The notes beneath the pieces are model-generated. The model ran no database searches. It had not been told where the DNA came from and saw only the letters and a program-made list of their open reading frames with translations. Positions 37,001 through 48,699 of a stretch of DNA of 64,000 nt are shown piece by piece (position 1 is the first letter of the stretch; each line of letters opens with the position of its first letter). Both the position numbers and the translations under genes were made by a program. The stretch lies in the NCBI RefSeq assembly GCF_009834535.1, contig NC_045702.1, forward strand, positions 27,032,001-27,096,000, in the 5' to 3' direction. Source of the stretch: Camelus ferus (Eukaryota).

Positions 37001-38579
37001 ATTGTTATCAATTTTCTTTTTCATATTCCCTACTTGATTTTTAAAAAAATTATCTAGTGTCTCCCACACATAGAGTACTTGTCTTTCGTCACAAGGAATC
37101 CAGTGGAGGCAAGTCTTCTGGGAAACACCTGGAGGTCACTCTTCTGTCTGAGCAAACCAAGCACTACTGTTCTCTTTTGTGCTTTGTGAAAAGCTGTGGT
37201 CACAGGCCATGGTCCAGGTTCCTAGGCAGGCACTGTATTTCCATTCCTACACTTTGATATTTCATGTTGCCATGGAGTCAACTCTTCCTGGGCATTATCT
37301 GAAGGGATAATGGAGATTTTTCTCATTCCAGGGTAATTCAGCCTGGGCATTTTGAGACTTGAGATTTAGATGAGAGTTTTATAAGTTGCAGAAATAACAT
37401 CCAGAATACAACCTCGGTAATTTCATCATTAATGTAACACTAAACACACCAGTTAGTGTAAGGAAATGTTAATGGGTGCAAGAATTACATTAAATTAAAG
37501 ATTATTTTCTAGGTCATCCCAAATTAAAAACAAAAACATAAACATTAAAAGTTTACACAATGTTGATTGAAATGACTCTAAAACATTTTAAACTTGTTTT
37601 AATTTTTCTCTACATATGTATGTTTATTATATATGTACATAAATTGTGTGTGTGTATAACACATAAGCCAGATCTTAGAAACAGGGTATGTGTGTTTAAT
37701 TTATTTCATTATGAAGAAAAAACTCCCCAAAAGTATAAAACTCTCATATTCATAGCTTTTTTTAAAACACTAAAACCTTGACAAGTTTGCAAAATATAAT
37801 CGGGGGGTCACATAAACGGTAGTGTCCATCTCTTATTGGAGGTTCTGAAGTAGTTTTATATTATATATTTGATATGTTATATAAAAATAAATTAGAAAAA
37901 ATGAAACTACTTAGAGTGGGAAAGTATTAAAAGGAATAGTAAGCAAATTTAGCTGGGAATGTTGAAAAGGACCATTTTAATTTTAGGGTAAAGACATATT
38001 TGTTGGGATGTATTTCAACAGAAGTGCATTCCACATTAGAATTTTTGGAGATATATATTCCTCCTCCTATGTAATAAACTATATTCCATATCTGCATAAA
38101 AATAGGTGTAAACCTTTTATAGAACAACAGAAAATAACTCCACAATTGGTGGCCTTAAGAGGACAAAAGACACCTGTCCATCTGCCTGAAATCTTAGGAT
38201 AGTTATAACCCCTTTCCAAATCTAGAGGCAGAAACAAAGGATCAGATGGTAATAACTACTTAAAAAAAACAGATTCACAATAGTCACACTGGAGTGTCCT
38301 TTATCCACACCTGCCTTGCCCTCACTTCCTCGTTAATGAATTGCCTTGTTCTTTGTGAATTTTTCCCTTGTCTTTTTTTTTATCTTCATATTAAAACATG
38401 TTTGGACTTTTTTTTTTTTTTCAGCTATCACATATTCAAATTTCTCCATGGTAAAACAAATTTTAAAAAGCAAAATAAAACAATAATAAAACAGTCACCT
38501 CTGGATTTCTCTTCTTACTCAGATACCTGCTCAGACCCATGCTTCCCTCTCTTGTCAAACTGCTAGGAACAATATTCTG

Positions 38580-39260
38580 TACTTGGTGTGTCTAATTCTT
38601 CAACTGATATTTACTTATCAGTAACACAATCAGCCTTTCATTTTACGAGTTGGGTAAAACTGCTTTCTTCAAGGTTACTGGCACCTTTCTCATTTCCAGC
38701 TTCTGAATCCCTGCCCTGTTGAATGCCCTGTAACATTTTCTGCTCCTGGTTCTTTCTTGCACTGTTTCTCTCGTTGGTTGCTTTGACACTGCACAGTTCC
38801 TGACTGTGCTTCTCCCACTTCTATGAATCCTCTCAGTTACCACTGCTACATTCTTTATTCTCCTTTCTCCAAATGCAGGTATTTTCAAGAATCCTTCAGC
38901 AGTCTTCTTCTTCTATTTTTTTTTAAGCTTTCTACTACTTGTTTCAGATAATCTCAGATATTTCTATTGAGAAATACCACTTCCATGCAAGGAACTCTCA
39001 GATCCATGTGTCTAGCTCTGACCTTTGAAACCACAGAAGGCTCCAGATTCATATTTCAGTTGCCTGTTGAATATTTCCTCCTGCTTGTCACTCTGGTGCC
39101 TCAAACTCAACCTGCACAAATTCTAAAACCATCACGGTTTCTCTTCTTGTGTTCTGTCCTCAACGTTCCCCTGTTGAAAGCCACAGACTTTTCAAGATCT
39201 GGTGCAAATATAACATTCTTATTAAAGTCTCTGAGACGTGTCAGTGAAAAAGGCTAATTG
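38580..39260 (+). mobile_element. L2 LINE fragment including decayed reverse-transcriptase region
   Basis: aaaactgctttcttcaaggttact (KTAFFKVT, cf. ETAL.KVTND); ctctcagatccatgtgtctagctctgacc…ccagattcatatttcagttgcctgttgaatattt…cctcaaactcaac. Confidence 0.75.
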
Positions 39261-39320
39261 AAGTATTCTTTTTAGGTCAATCCTTAAATAAAATATAAGG
39301 CCTTTATTTCAAAAAGCCCT

Positions 39321-39565
39321 ACAGCACAGTGGTTGAGAACCTAAGCTTTCAAGTCAAACAGTCCCGGGTTTATTCTCAGCTGTACCTCTTAGTAATGCTG
39401 TGAACTTTCTCAAACCATTTGATCTTGCCAAGCCTTGGTTTACTCACACATTAAATGAAGATAATACCAGAACCTAATTTAGAAGATTATGAGTAATCAT
39501 AAGCAATTTATCACTGTCCCCAGAACATAAATACTCAATAAATGATAGTAATGGTTATTATTATT
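39321..39565 (+). mobile_element. Near full-length MIR SINE
   Basis: acagcacagtggttgagaacctaagctttcaagtcaaacagtcccgggttt… to ctcaataaatgatagtaatggttattattatt. Confidence 0.8.
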
Positions 39566-39599
39566 ATTAAAAATAAAATATAATTATTAGAGTATATGG

Positions 39600-39830
39600 G
39601 TATATTCCCAAATGGCAGTCTGAGCTGGAGGCATCTTGCCTATCTTTAGCAGTAAAATAAAGAGAAGGGCACTCTGTTTCTTTCTAAAAATATTTCCTGG
39701 AAGTTGCCTAACTTTTGTATCTCAAAATATAGCTGCAAGGGAATCTGTGAAATACCTCCTTTAGTTGGGTGCAGAGCTATTGTGAATAAAGTAAGGAGAA
39801 AGAAGAATGGATTTCAGGTAGGCAACTAAA
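39600..39830 (-). mobile_element. Degenerate MaLR LTR remnant
   Basis: tagctgcaagggaatctgtgaaatac…gtaaggagaaagaagaatggatttcaggtaggcaacta matches the late-MLT1 terminus. Confidence 0.45.
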
Positions 39831-40379
39831 CTTCACTGACCCAAGGACTATGGTAGTTTCAAGTTCAGCAAGATTAGCCAATTAGAATTGATTATAACAG
39901 CTGTATAGCTTAATTAATGCAATTAAGTTATCCAGTGATTACTTGTAAAAAAAAAAAGCATTTATAAATAAGTTTATAGATAAACTCAAGAAATATCATG
40001 AGGGTCTTACTTCAAGGCTCCTTAGAGTCACACTTAGAACTAATCTGAGTTGTGTATGGACTGCAAGTTTAGATGGTATGTGAAATGGCAAATGTATGTG
40101 AATGTGGAAAAAAATCAATTTGGCCTTTAAAAGTAAGAAGAAAAGATTTTGGCTTATAGCTTTCCAAAAGCTTTCCAGACATAGATTTTTAGGTATCAAA
40201 AAAGTGTCACAAAACATTTATTTTAATGACCAAAAGGAACTCAAGACATATTTTCCCCACATATTTCTAAAATTTGGAATGTTAAAATTAACACAGAGGT
40301 AACAGAATTAAGTCTGATTTCAAATGTGATGAATGTCTGTAAATTATCAAATTTATAATTTTTAATGGTCAACTTAAAG

Positions 40380-40640
40380 ATGTTTTTTAAAAATTTTATA
40401 AAGAAAAATTTAAAACAGAAATGTAGAGAGAAAAACAAATAAAATCCTTATAAAATCATGAAACAGATTCAATAATTTTCATGAATTTGCCCCCTTTGCT
40501 TTAACTACTCTCTCTTCAATTTTCCTTAAGTATTTTAAAACAAAGCCCTATATAGTATCATTTTACCAAAATGATATCTTTAAAAAATAATATTCAATCA
40601 TTAATTGACAATGTGTCTCTACCATCTGTCTGTCTAGAGG
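40380..40640 (-). mobile_element. Degenerate L1MC-type 3' fragment
   Basis: ttttataaagaaaaatttaaaacagaaatgtagagag…aagtattttaaaacaaagccctatatagtatcatttt. Confidence 0.45.
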
Positions 40641-42085
40641 TTTGGCAACAATATATGTTAAAATCTCTCAAATGGTGTCTTTATCAAAAAGGAAGAACAC
40701 TTTGCAAATGCTCTGTGATTTCTATTAGGTATTTTTTTCCCTGTATTGCAATCGTCCACAGATCTTACTGTGAAAATCTTAGCGTGAAAATACCTTCTGA
40801 ATGGTAAAAGAAAATTTAGCATATGCACAGACTTAATTACAGACAATGTTAAATTTACTCATTTAATCACCACATGAAAGCTGATCTATATGGTCAAAAA
40901 TAGTCTATTGTAATTTTATCAGTTTAAACTTAAGCCTTTTTTATGACTAAAATTCTGAATTGAGCACAGAAGTTTCTGTTTTGGTCAGGTATCAGCCTTC
41001 ATCACCATCCCATCACTACCATGTAATAAAGGTCTGTATATCTTTTCTGTATTTGAGCATTCTGATTCTTTCTCCTTTTAGTGGGGTATTTATACAAATC
41101 AGATAGAAAATTCATGCTAAGAATTTCCAGAATAAATTCTTTTGAAATCCCTGGAAAAACATCAGAATGTATTTTTTAAATATTTCTTGAAATTCCTCTT
41201 CCATAAAACGTAACTACTGTTGAAAATAATGACGCGTGTTTTGAGGTTCATTACAGGTTAGCTTTAAGGAGTAAAAAGTCCTTTGTAGTTAAATGCATTT
41301 TCCTGGTTCTTTTGTAACTCTATACACTTATACTTCTTTCTTGTCTTTGAGGTTCACAAACTCACTAAATTAAACAGTATTTCAGAATCAAGCTAAAGAA
41401 ATACCATTTCATCTCCATGGGTTGATAAAAATAGATTTGGATGTTCGATAGTCTATCTCTTTCTAAAATATTAGGTTAATTTTATTACATAAGAAAGCTG
41501 AAATCTTATAAACACCAGTATAATTATCATCTTAACCTAATGTTATACAGATATACAGGATCAACATTCTATTAAAATGCATATAAAGGTGAAATCTGAG
41601 TGGATAACAATGATCTACTAAATCTGAAATTAAACATTACTTTAACTCTATGTTCTGTATTTGAAATGAAAACAAACAGAAATCTGTAACACGTATTTAG
41701 ACTTTTTCTAATAAATAAATACCAATGCACTTGTGCATTAAAAAGCTGCCTTTTAAGCTTCTTAGGGAAAAAATTATGTTTTGCTTTTCTTTGTTTCTCA
41801 TTGATGAAATTGTATGCACAAAGCCTCACAACACATCTCAGCACTACAACCTTGAATTTTAAGTTGATATTGCCTGTAGTCAAGTGTGAGTCATGAATTT
41901 CAATACATTTGTTTCAATCGTTCCCTACAGCACAGATGCAGAAAATACTTATTTCCCTGGTTAGTATCAAATTCAAATGAATTTTATCATTTGAACCAAG
42001 GAGAAGACTCAAAGGTACTATCTTTCTTATAAAAATGCATAATGAGAGAGAAAAATATTAATGGTTTAATACATTATTAACTTAC

Positions 42086-42159
42086 AGAGGATCAGGTTTC
42101 CTTCTATTTTACTTGGATATAATTATAAAATCTCCTGTATGGTTATTTTCCTGGCTTGT
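42086..42159 (-). ncRNA. Exon-like cassette with stops in all three frames (possible non-coding exon)
   Basis: Strong acceptor atcttttatctctttcttag and donor tct|gtaagt; 74 nt. Confidence 0.2.
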
Positions 42160-44164
42160 CTAAGAAAGAGATAAAAGATCCTATCTCTGGAGTCTGATAG
42201 AAAACATTATAGCCAGAGGCCAGTACAAGAAATTGTTATAGAGTCAGAAATATGAATTGTTAGTAGGGCTTTTTTTCCAACTCAGTTTTTTTCTTATAGC
42301 TACAATTACATTATTCAAAAATATTTATGCAAATCTTTACCCAGATCATCAGAGATTTAAACATTTTTTAAGTTCCTTATTTTTCATATTACATCAGGAA
42401 AAGACTTTGTTTTCATGATTCATTGTCTAAGTTGCAAGATAAATTAATTTCCACTCTTTCCATGGGATTCTGGCTTAAAGAAAAAAATGAAGACAGTAGC
42501 AGAACTTGCTTCCAGTAACATCCTAACAGTAAAGCGAAAATGTTACTTCATTGACAAGTTGTTTTTTTACCTGAAAATCAGCAGAACTTATTGTTGGTAT
42601 CAATGGGGTAGCTAGTATGACTAAGTGATAATTTATGGGTGATGTAAGGTAAATTTGAATCTATGACATAGTAAAAATTTATGAATGATAAAAGCACAAT
42701 TTAAAAGTGTCATATATACTATGACACTACAATATCTTTTATGTTTGTAGTGCATTTTAACTAGTGCAAATGTTGTAGGACATATTTCCCATTTGGGCTA
42801 CATTTAGGGGCGATCCTAAAAGTATAGGTATTATAAATGTAATTGACTTTATAAGGTCAATTTCTTGTTTATTTTTATTACAACTTGTTGATAAATTAAT
42901 GTGTAATGTATGATAAATAAATGATTAAAATTAGTAATAATAATAATAATAACTATTATATTCTTAGCATACAAAAGGTACGGAATCCACCCTGAGCATT
43001 CTGAAGGGAAAAGTTAGTGATGAGAGATAAATGGAGAGGTTTGTGACCAGAATTTTGAAGAAAAGCAAGTCACTACTAGTTCTGGCTCCAATTTATGTGT
43101 CTTTAATAATTATGGATGCTCACGCTGATCTCACCTTACAAGTGAGGGCGTCCAAACGAGGATTATCCAGCAAATGTTGCTGAAATATTCAGTTGGACCT
43201 GTATTATTCTAATTTACTCAACTCTAGGTAAATGCCACCCCAATTTGTGCAGCATGCTTGCCTGCAGTGCCTTAGTCAGCCTTAGTAAATAGTTCTGTGT
43301 AATTCTCTCTCTCTTCTCTTAAAATTAAATTTTAATGTTCAGAATGCTTCTCTAAGTTACTTAATACACAGTAAGATAACAAAGAGTAAGCTGGATAGCT
43401 TATAGCAAAGTAGTAGTACAGAGTGAGGTACTTCTAAACAAATTCAAACTATCAAGTAAGTATTCTCTTATGTATCTGTTTCTTAACATTCATACGCTGA
43501 TGTTAGGTTAAAAGGAGAAATATGCTGATGTTACAGAACAATCTAACTACTCCAAAACGTCCTGTGGTGATGGCTGCCTAATTTACCACTTTGGTCATGC
43601 GATGAGGCCAGCTCTGCGGGTTGGCATTTGTAAAGGCTGTGCAAATGTTTAGAGTCCACTGTGATGCTCAAACACAGCAACTACTCTTACGATTTAGATA
43701 TTTCTTGCTTTTCCTTTTATTGATGGAAATTTTCCTATTTCTATTTTATTGTGTGTTGTCCTCTAACATAAGTCAGTGCAAAACTCTGAAAAGAGAAAGA
43801 GTGTAATGGATATTTTGAAAGGAGTAAGAATGCAATTAGCAAGGTCATATATAAAAGCACTATCTCCCACCTACCCCCACTCGCCCTTCCACACATATAC
43901 ACAACCACACACCAGAAGAGCAAATTCATATGAAGGGCAAGTCAGCTCTAATGTATTGACTTAGAGGGTTCATGCTATGAACAGAATGGGATGGGCTGGT
44001 TAGCTCCACACTGTCTAGTTTGCTTACTTGACTAAATGGTAATTGTTCAATTAACTGACATACATTTGAAAGTATCTTTCTAAGTTAAGGACTGTTATAG
44101 ACACTGGAATTATAATAATCAATTAAAAAGAATGTCTGCTTTCAAGAGCTTACACTCTAGTGAT

Positions 44165-44285
44165 AGCTAAATATTTCTTGCTCTGTGCCAGGAACCGTTT
44201 AAGTGAGTTTAATGTGTTTTAAACTTCACAGCAACCTCATCAGACAGGAACTACTAACACCAATGAGAAAAACGAGTGAGGCACC
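44165..44285 (-). mobile_element. MIR fragment
   Basis: ctctgtgccaggaaccgtttaagtg…aaacttcacagcaacctcatcagacagg. Confidence 0.5.
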
Positions 44286-44755
44286 AGGATTAATTTCTCC
44301 TCGGGTTGTATGCACTTAACCCGAGGACTTCATAGAAATAAAGATCAATATTCATAAAGCAGCTGTTTTCTGGAAACTCCTACCTTCTTTTATAATGGGA
44401 TTAAGAAGCAGTTCTTAGGTTGGTTATGATAATGAACGTTCACCTTTGAAACTTGTGGCATTTGCCATCGTCCCATAACCATTTTCTGGCGGTTGTCAGC
44501 ATATGATGTGAAGTATGGGGATTTGATTTAGTGGGGACTTTATTATATTTTGTTTCTTCTGTCTTTAATTTTAACCAAATGTAAGTAAGTTGGCCAGATC
44601 TGTGTTAAGATTAGCATTCAGCAGTGTTATATTGCCACTGAATTACACAATTTATGTAACAGCACATTAAATATTCTATCGCTTACTATAATCGTCCACC
44701 ACACTCTAATTTGGCACTGGAACTAGTCATTTAAACTCTGGGCAAGGGGTGGGCA

Positions 44756-44880
44756 GTCGGTATAGCTTGGTGGTAGAGTGCATGCTTAGCATGCACAAGG
44801 TCCTGGGTTCAATTCCCAGTACCTCCATTAAGGAAAACAAACAAACAATACATTCTATGACCTCAGCTCCCACCCCTAAA
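44756..44880 (+). mobile_element. tRNA-Ala(AGC)-derived SINE (camelid-type)
   Basis: 72-nt head ggtatagcttggtggtagagtgcatgcttagcatgcacaaggtcctgggttcaattcccagtacctcca with Pol III A/B boxes, then an (aaac)n tail and C-rich end. Acceptor and anticodon stems are mispaired. Confidence 0.85.
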
Positions 44881-45399
44881 ACAGAGCTACTAACAACCTT
44901 CTTCCACACCAAATGGACTGCTGCAAGGATCTCACTTGGAAAATGTAATTTAAAAGGCTGTGACATTTTTTAAAAAGTATTCAAATTTTCAGTTACGAAC
45001 AATTTTAAAGAAAGGGACAATGCATTTAGCATTCTCTGTAGCAAGTAGTATATGAGCTCGTTACAAAGAACCTACTTCAGGGAGGAGGAAATGAAATGAC
45101 AGAGCCGCACCCTGTACACGGCAGACCCTTGAAAAATGGTCAGTTTACTTTCTTTATCTTTTCCCCTGATAAACACTGGAATATATTCCTATGTATTTAT
45201 GTACAACTTTAAGAACCAGATTAAAGAAAATAAAAATTTAAGTATCTCTGGTTTCTTAAGGGCATATTGTTTAGAAACTCTTAATCCCTTTTTTTTTCTC
45301 TTTTGTCTTTCTGAACATTAGAATTTTCTGAGTAAATATGTCTGGAATAAATTAGCATTTCTTGTAGCAATAATTCTCATAGAGTGAAATGTACTGTGC

Positions 45400-46060
45400 T
45401 CCGTTTGGGGTATCTAAAACCAGGTCCTTTACGGTCAAACGTGAAGGCCCTGAGGTGAGCAAATGGTGGAGGTCCTGCTTGGCAAAGACTAGGATGAGAG
45501 TCTGTAGAGAAGGAAATGACCTTGGCATCCCCTGCCCTCCTTCCCTAGAGAAGCCAGATGAAGGTCACTAGTGCTGAGGTGGGGAGGTGGTGGTTAGGGG
45601 AAGTCAGAGAGTTGAGGAAAGCAGCAAGGGCAGAGAACACTCCTGCTTCTACTCCTCATTAAGAACTCTGAGAAGCAGCCACCAGTCAGATGACCCCCCC
45701 GTGCACCACCGATGCATGAACTTGGCAGAGCACAATGGTCAGGCACTGGGAGACCTGAGTCCCTGTGTGGAATCCATAGCACCCACTCGGAAGGTGTGGC
45801 CAGGGGATTTGTGGGTGGAGAACAGCATGGAAAAGTGTGGGGCCGGGCGCCTTTGTAGAAAGGACTGGGCATCGCCCAAGCTGGCGCTGACAAGAAAGCG
45901 CAGCAAGATCACAGAGTGCCAGAGTGAAGGGACAACTGAGACGAGTGGGACATGGGAAAGGGGCCTCATCAAGCCACGTCCCAAGTGATATGACCACAGA
46001 TTTCAGTCAGGAATGACCACAGGACAAGTATCAAGTAGTTGAATAAATGTTGTTACCTTG
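45400..46060. other. GC/CpG-enriched block (ancient LTR or regulatory element; unresolved)
   Basis: Marked GC rise with several CpGs; four overlapping stop-poor ORFs on both strands explained by composition. Confidence 0.4.
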
Positions 46061-47384
46061 AAGTCCCAAGGACCTGAGGACTCCTCTCAGGGATTCTGAA
46101 GCTCCCTTTTCACCATATGGTCACCAAGCCTCCTCCTTCTCCCTGTATACCTAGTGACTAGCTTAGGGAAGGGAGCAGGGCTAGGGGAGAATAGCCAAAA
46201 GACTGAGCATTTTTATCCATAAAAGCTGAATATTCCTCCACACTGTTAAACTTACTGAATTTTTTTTAAAAAAACAAAAAACTTCTGATTGGATTAAAAA
46301 GTTTTTTTTTTCTCTCTCTCTCTCTTCTTGTTAACCAGTTCAAGGGCAAGCATAAAGGAGGTGAGGGTAATTACAGAGATGAAAAGAAATTACATGACCT
46401 CTAAGCGTGCGCTGGTGTTTAGTGCCATTTGCTATCCTGATACAAAATTAAGTGAGGGTGGGGGAAGAGGAACTCAGGTGTGGGGATCAAAGGAGGCCCT
46501 TTGGAGGAGAGAGCACTTAAGCAGCACACTGAATGGTTAGAAAGACTCAGCCAAAATCTTCGTGGTGGAGAGTCTTTCTGTCAGAGAACATGCACAGCCT
46601 CTGAGTCATGAAACCTGACCTCGATAACTTCCGATAATGATGTGTTTTGTTGTTTTCGCCAGACACATTACTCCCTACGAGAGTGGCCGTGCAAGGTTCA
46701 GTCCTAAATTAAGCACAACCCATTGTTGCTTCAGATCACATTCCATCAACCACCAGCTCAATTACAAGCTCCCCACCCAGCTCTCACATGTACCTCAGAG
46801 CCACAGTTTCCTCCACCCCTGAGCTATGCATCTGAGCCTCAGTACAGCCTACCTGCAGCACAGGGGCTGCGTGCTGGCCCCGTGCAGGCTCGAGGGCTGG
46901 CTGTGACCAGAAAGCTCCACATTCTGGTTTAGGCTCTAGCCACCCCTGCCTTCGGGGCACTTGTAACCGGCACTGTCTACATTTTCACAGATGAATTTCT
47001 TTTTGGCTTTGTTTCTGAGTTTCATTGACTGTTAATGATTCTTTGTCAACCCTTACTTTGTGCATTTCAGCCTCATGCCGATTCCCAGGTCCAGGGCGGG
47101 AGCTTTCCTAGAGTCACCAGCTGTCTTCACAAACTGACAGTTACGGCCAGTGTTGGATTTCCTGTTGTTCATAGCATTTCTGTATCCTTGAGGTTCCTAA
47201 GCTTTAAGAGTCTAGTTCACAGAATCTAGTTACAGCTGTTTTAACCTTGAACTTTTCACAAGACTCCAAGCCTCCCCCATAAAGTTAAAAAATAAAAAAC
47301 TAACCAACCAATCAACTAACCTACCAACCAACCAATAAACAGACAAGAAACAAACTATGTGTGTGTCTGTCTGTGTGTATATGT

Positions 47385-47549
47385 ATTTCAAGCCTCACAG
47401 CAATCTAATGAGAAAATATATTATTACTGCTATTTTACAAGAACTTGAGGCTTGATAAAGCAAATTGCCCATGATCCCATGACCCTACGATGACAGGGAT
47501 TTGCTGTTTGCACAATGTTATTCTAAGCCCATGCACTTTCCACTGTGAC
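47385..47549 (-). mobile_element. MIR SINE
   Basis: gcctcacagcaatctaatgag…ttttacaagaacttgaggcttgataaagcaaattgcccatgatccc…gcccatgcactttccactg. Confidence 0.65.
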
Positions 47550-47661
47550 ACGATGGACTTGACCCCAGGTACTCTCTCTTCTGTCATTTTCCCTGGCCTG
47601 CTGTTCATGCATTCCTGAGGTCACACTATCCTCGCATATTCCTTTTAGCAAGACCCCCACC

Positions 47662-47828
47662 CACTTGCCACTCGGTAGCAACATAACCTCAGGTAAATTA
47701 TATCACTTTCCTAAACCCTGCTTTCCTTATTTCTAAAATGGGGATAATACTTACATAGTGAAGGTTAACTGAGGTAATACATGACACACGATGAATGTTT
47801 ATTCTAGTCTAATTGTTGTTTTGCTATT
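47662..47828 (+). mobile_element. MIR SINE
   Basis: gccactcggtagcaacataacctcaggtaaatta…ctttccttatttctaaaatggggataatac. Confidence 0.65.
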
Positions 47829-48090
47829 GGCCACATGTTCTTTGAGCCTTTTACCATTCATGACTCCCCCAACCCCGCTGAAGGTATGTGATCTCTTTCC
47901 CTACATTTTACTTCACTGAATGTTACCGTGCTATTACAGCTCTCTCCAACACTTGGCATTACTCAGTATGAAAAAGTACTGCAAAGAATAATTGACGTAC
48001 ACGCTGATATTCTGTAATTGACAATAGGGTTCAGTATCCCATCCAATGGGGTGAATTTTCAAAGAATAATGTTATCATGTCATCATTAGT

Positions 48091-48225
48091 CTCCTCATGA
48101 CAATCCCTGAGGACGGTGATTGTGAGATGATAGTGAATTAAAGTCTCAGGGAGATTAAATAGCTTGACTATGAGTGAAGTGGACAGACAGTGGCAGTAAA
48201 GAGCTCAAATTTCTGGACACTCATT
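48091..48225 (-). mobile_element. MIR fragment
   Basis: ctcctcatgacaatccctgagg…aagtctcagggagattaaatagcttgact. Confidence 0.55.
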
Positions 48226-48635
48226 ATTAGAATCCTACCCGAGTCAAAAAAGGTGTACCTCACAGTGTCAAATGTAAGTGATTCCATATCCATGGTGTTA
48301 ATATTTCATGCATGTATTTTTTATTTAGGGATAATTTGGAGATATTTTTAAAAGAGTCTTTTCCTCCAATTAAACATTTGGAGGAACGTATAATTTCAGT
48401 CAAGACAACATAAGTTGCTCTATTTGTATATCTGCCACAATGATTTATCTTTATTTTGAAGGTTTATAATATGAAGAAAATAATGGTATCTTCAATTTGA
48501 GGACAGGTAGGCAAAAAAGTTAGTAACTTTCCAGCAGATTCTCAAGAAGTACTACCATTAAATGAAGAAATATAGTATTTCCTATCATATTAAAACATAG
48601 TAGCTCACTCAAAAATTTCCTTATTTACATGATAC

Positions 48636-48638
<3 letters not shown>

Positions 48639-48689
<51 letters not shown>

Positions 48690-48699
48690 AGAGAGAGAG
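48639..48699 (+). repeat. Compound microsatellite (TG)23-T-(AG)7
   Basis: Counted directly. Confidence 0.97.

Noticed and set aside
44756-44827. Functional tRNA-Ala(AGC) gene
   Set aside because: The acceptor stem has 2 mismatches and the anticodon stem 2 mismatches, and a SINE-type A-rich tail follows; it is a retroposed SINE.
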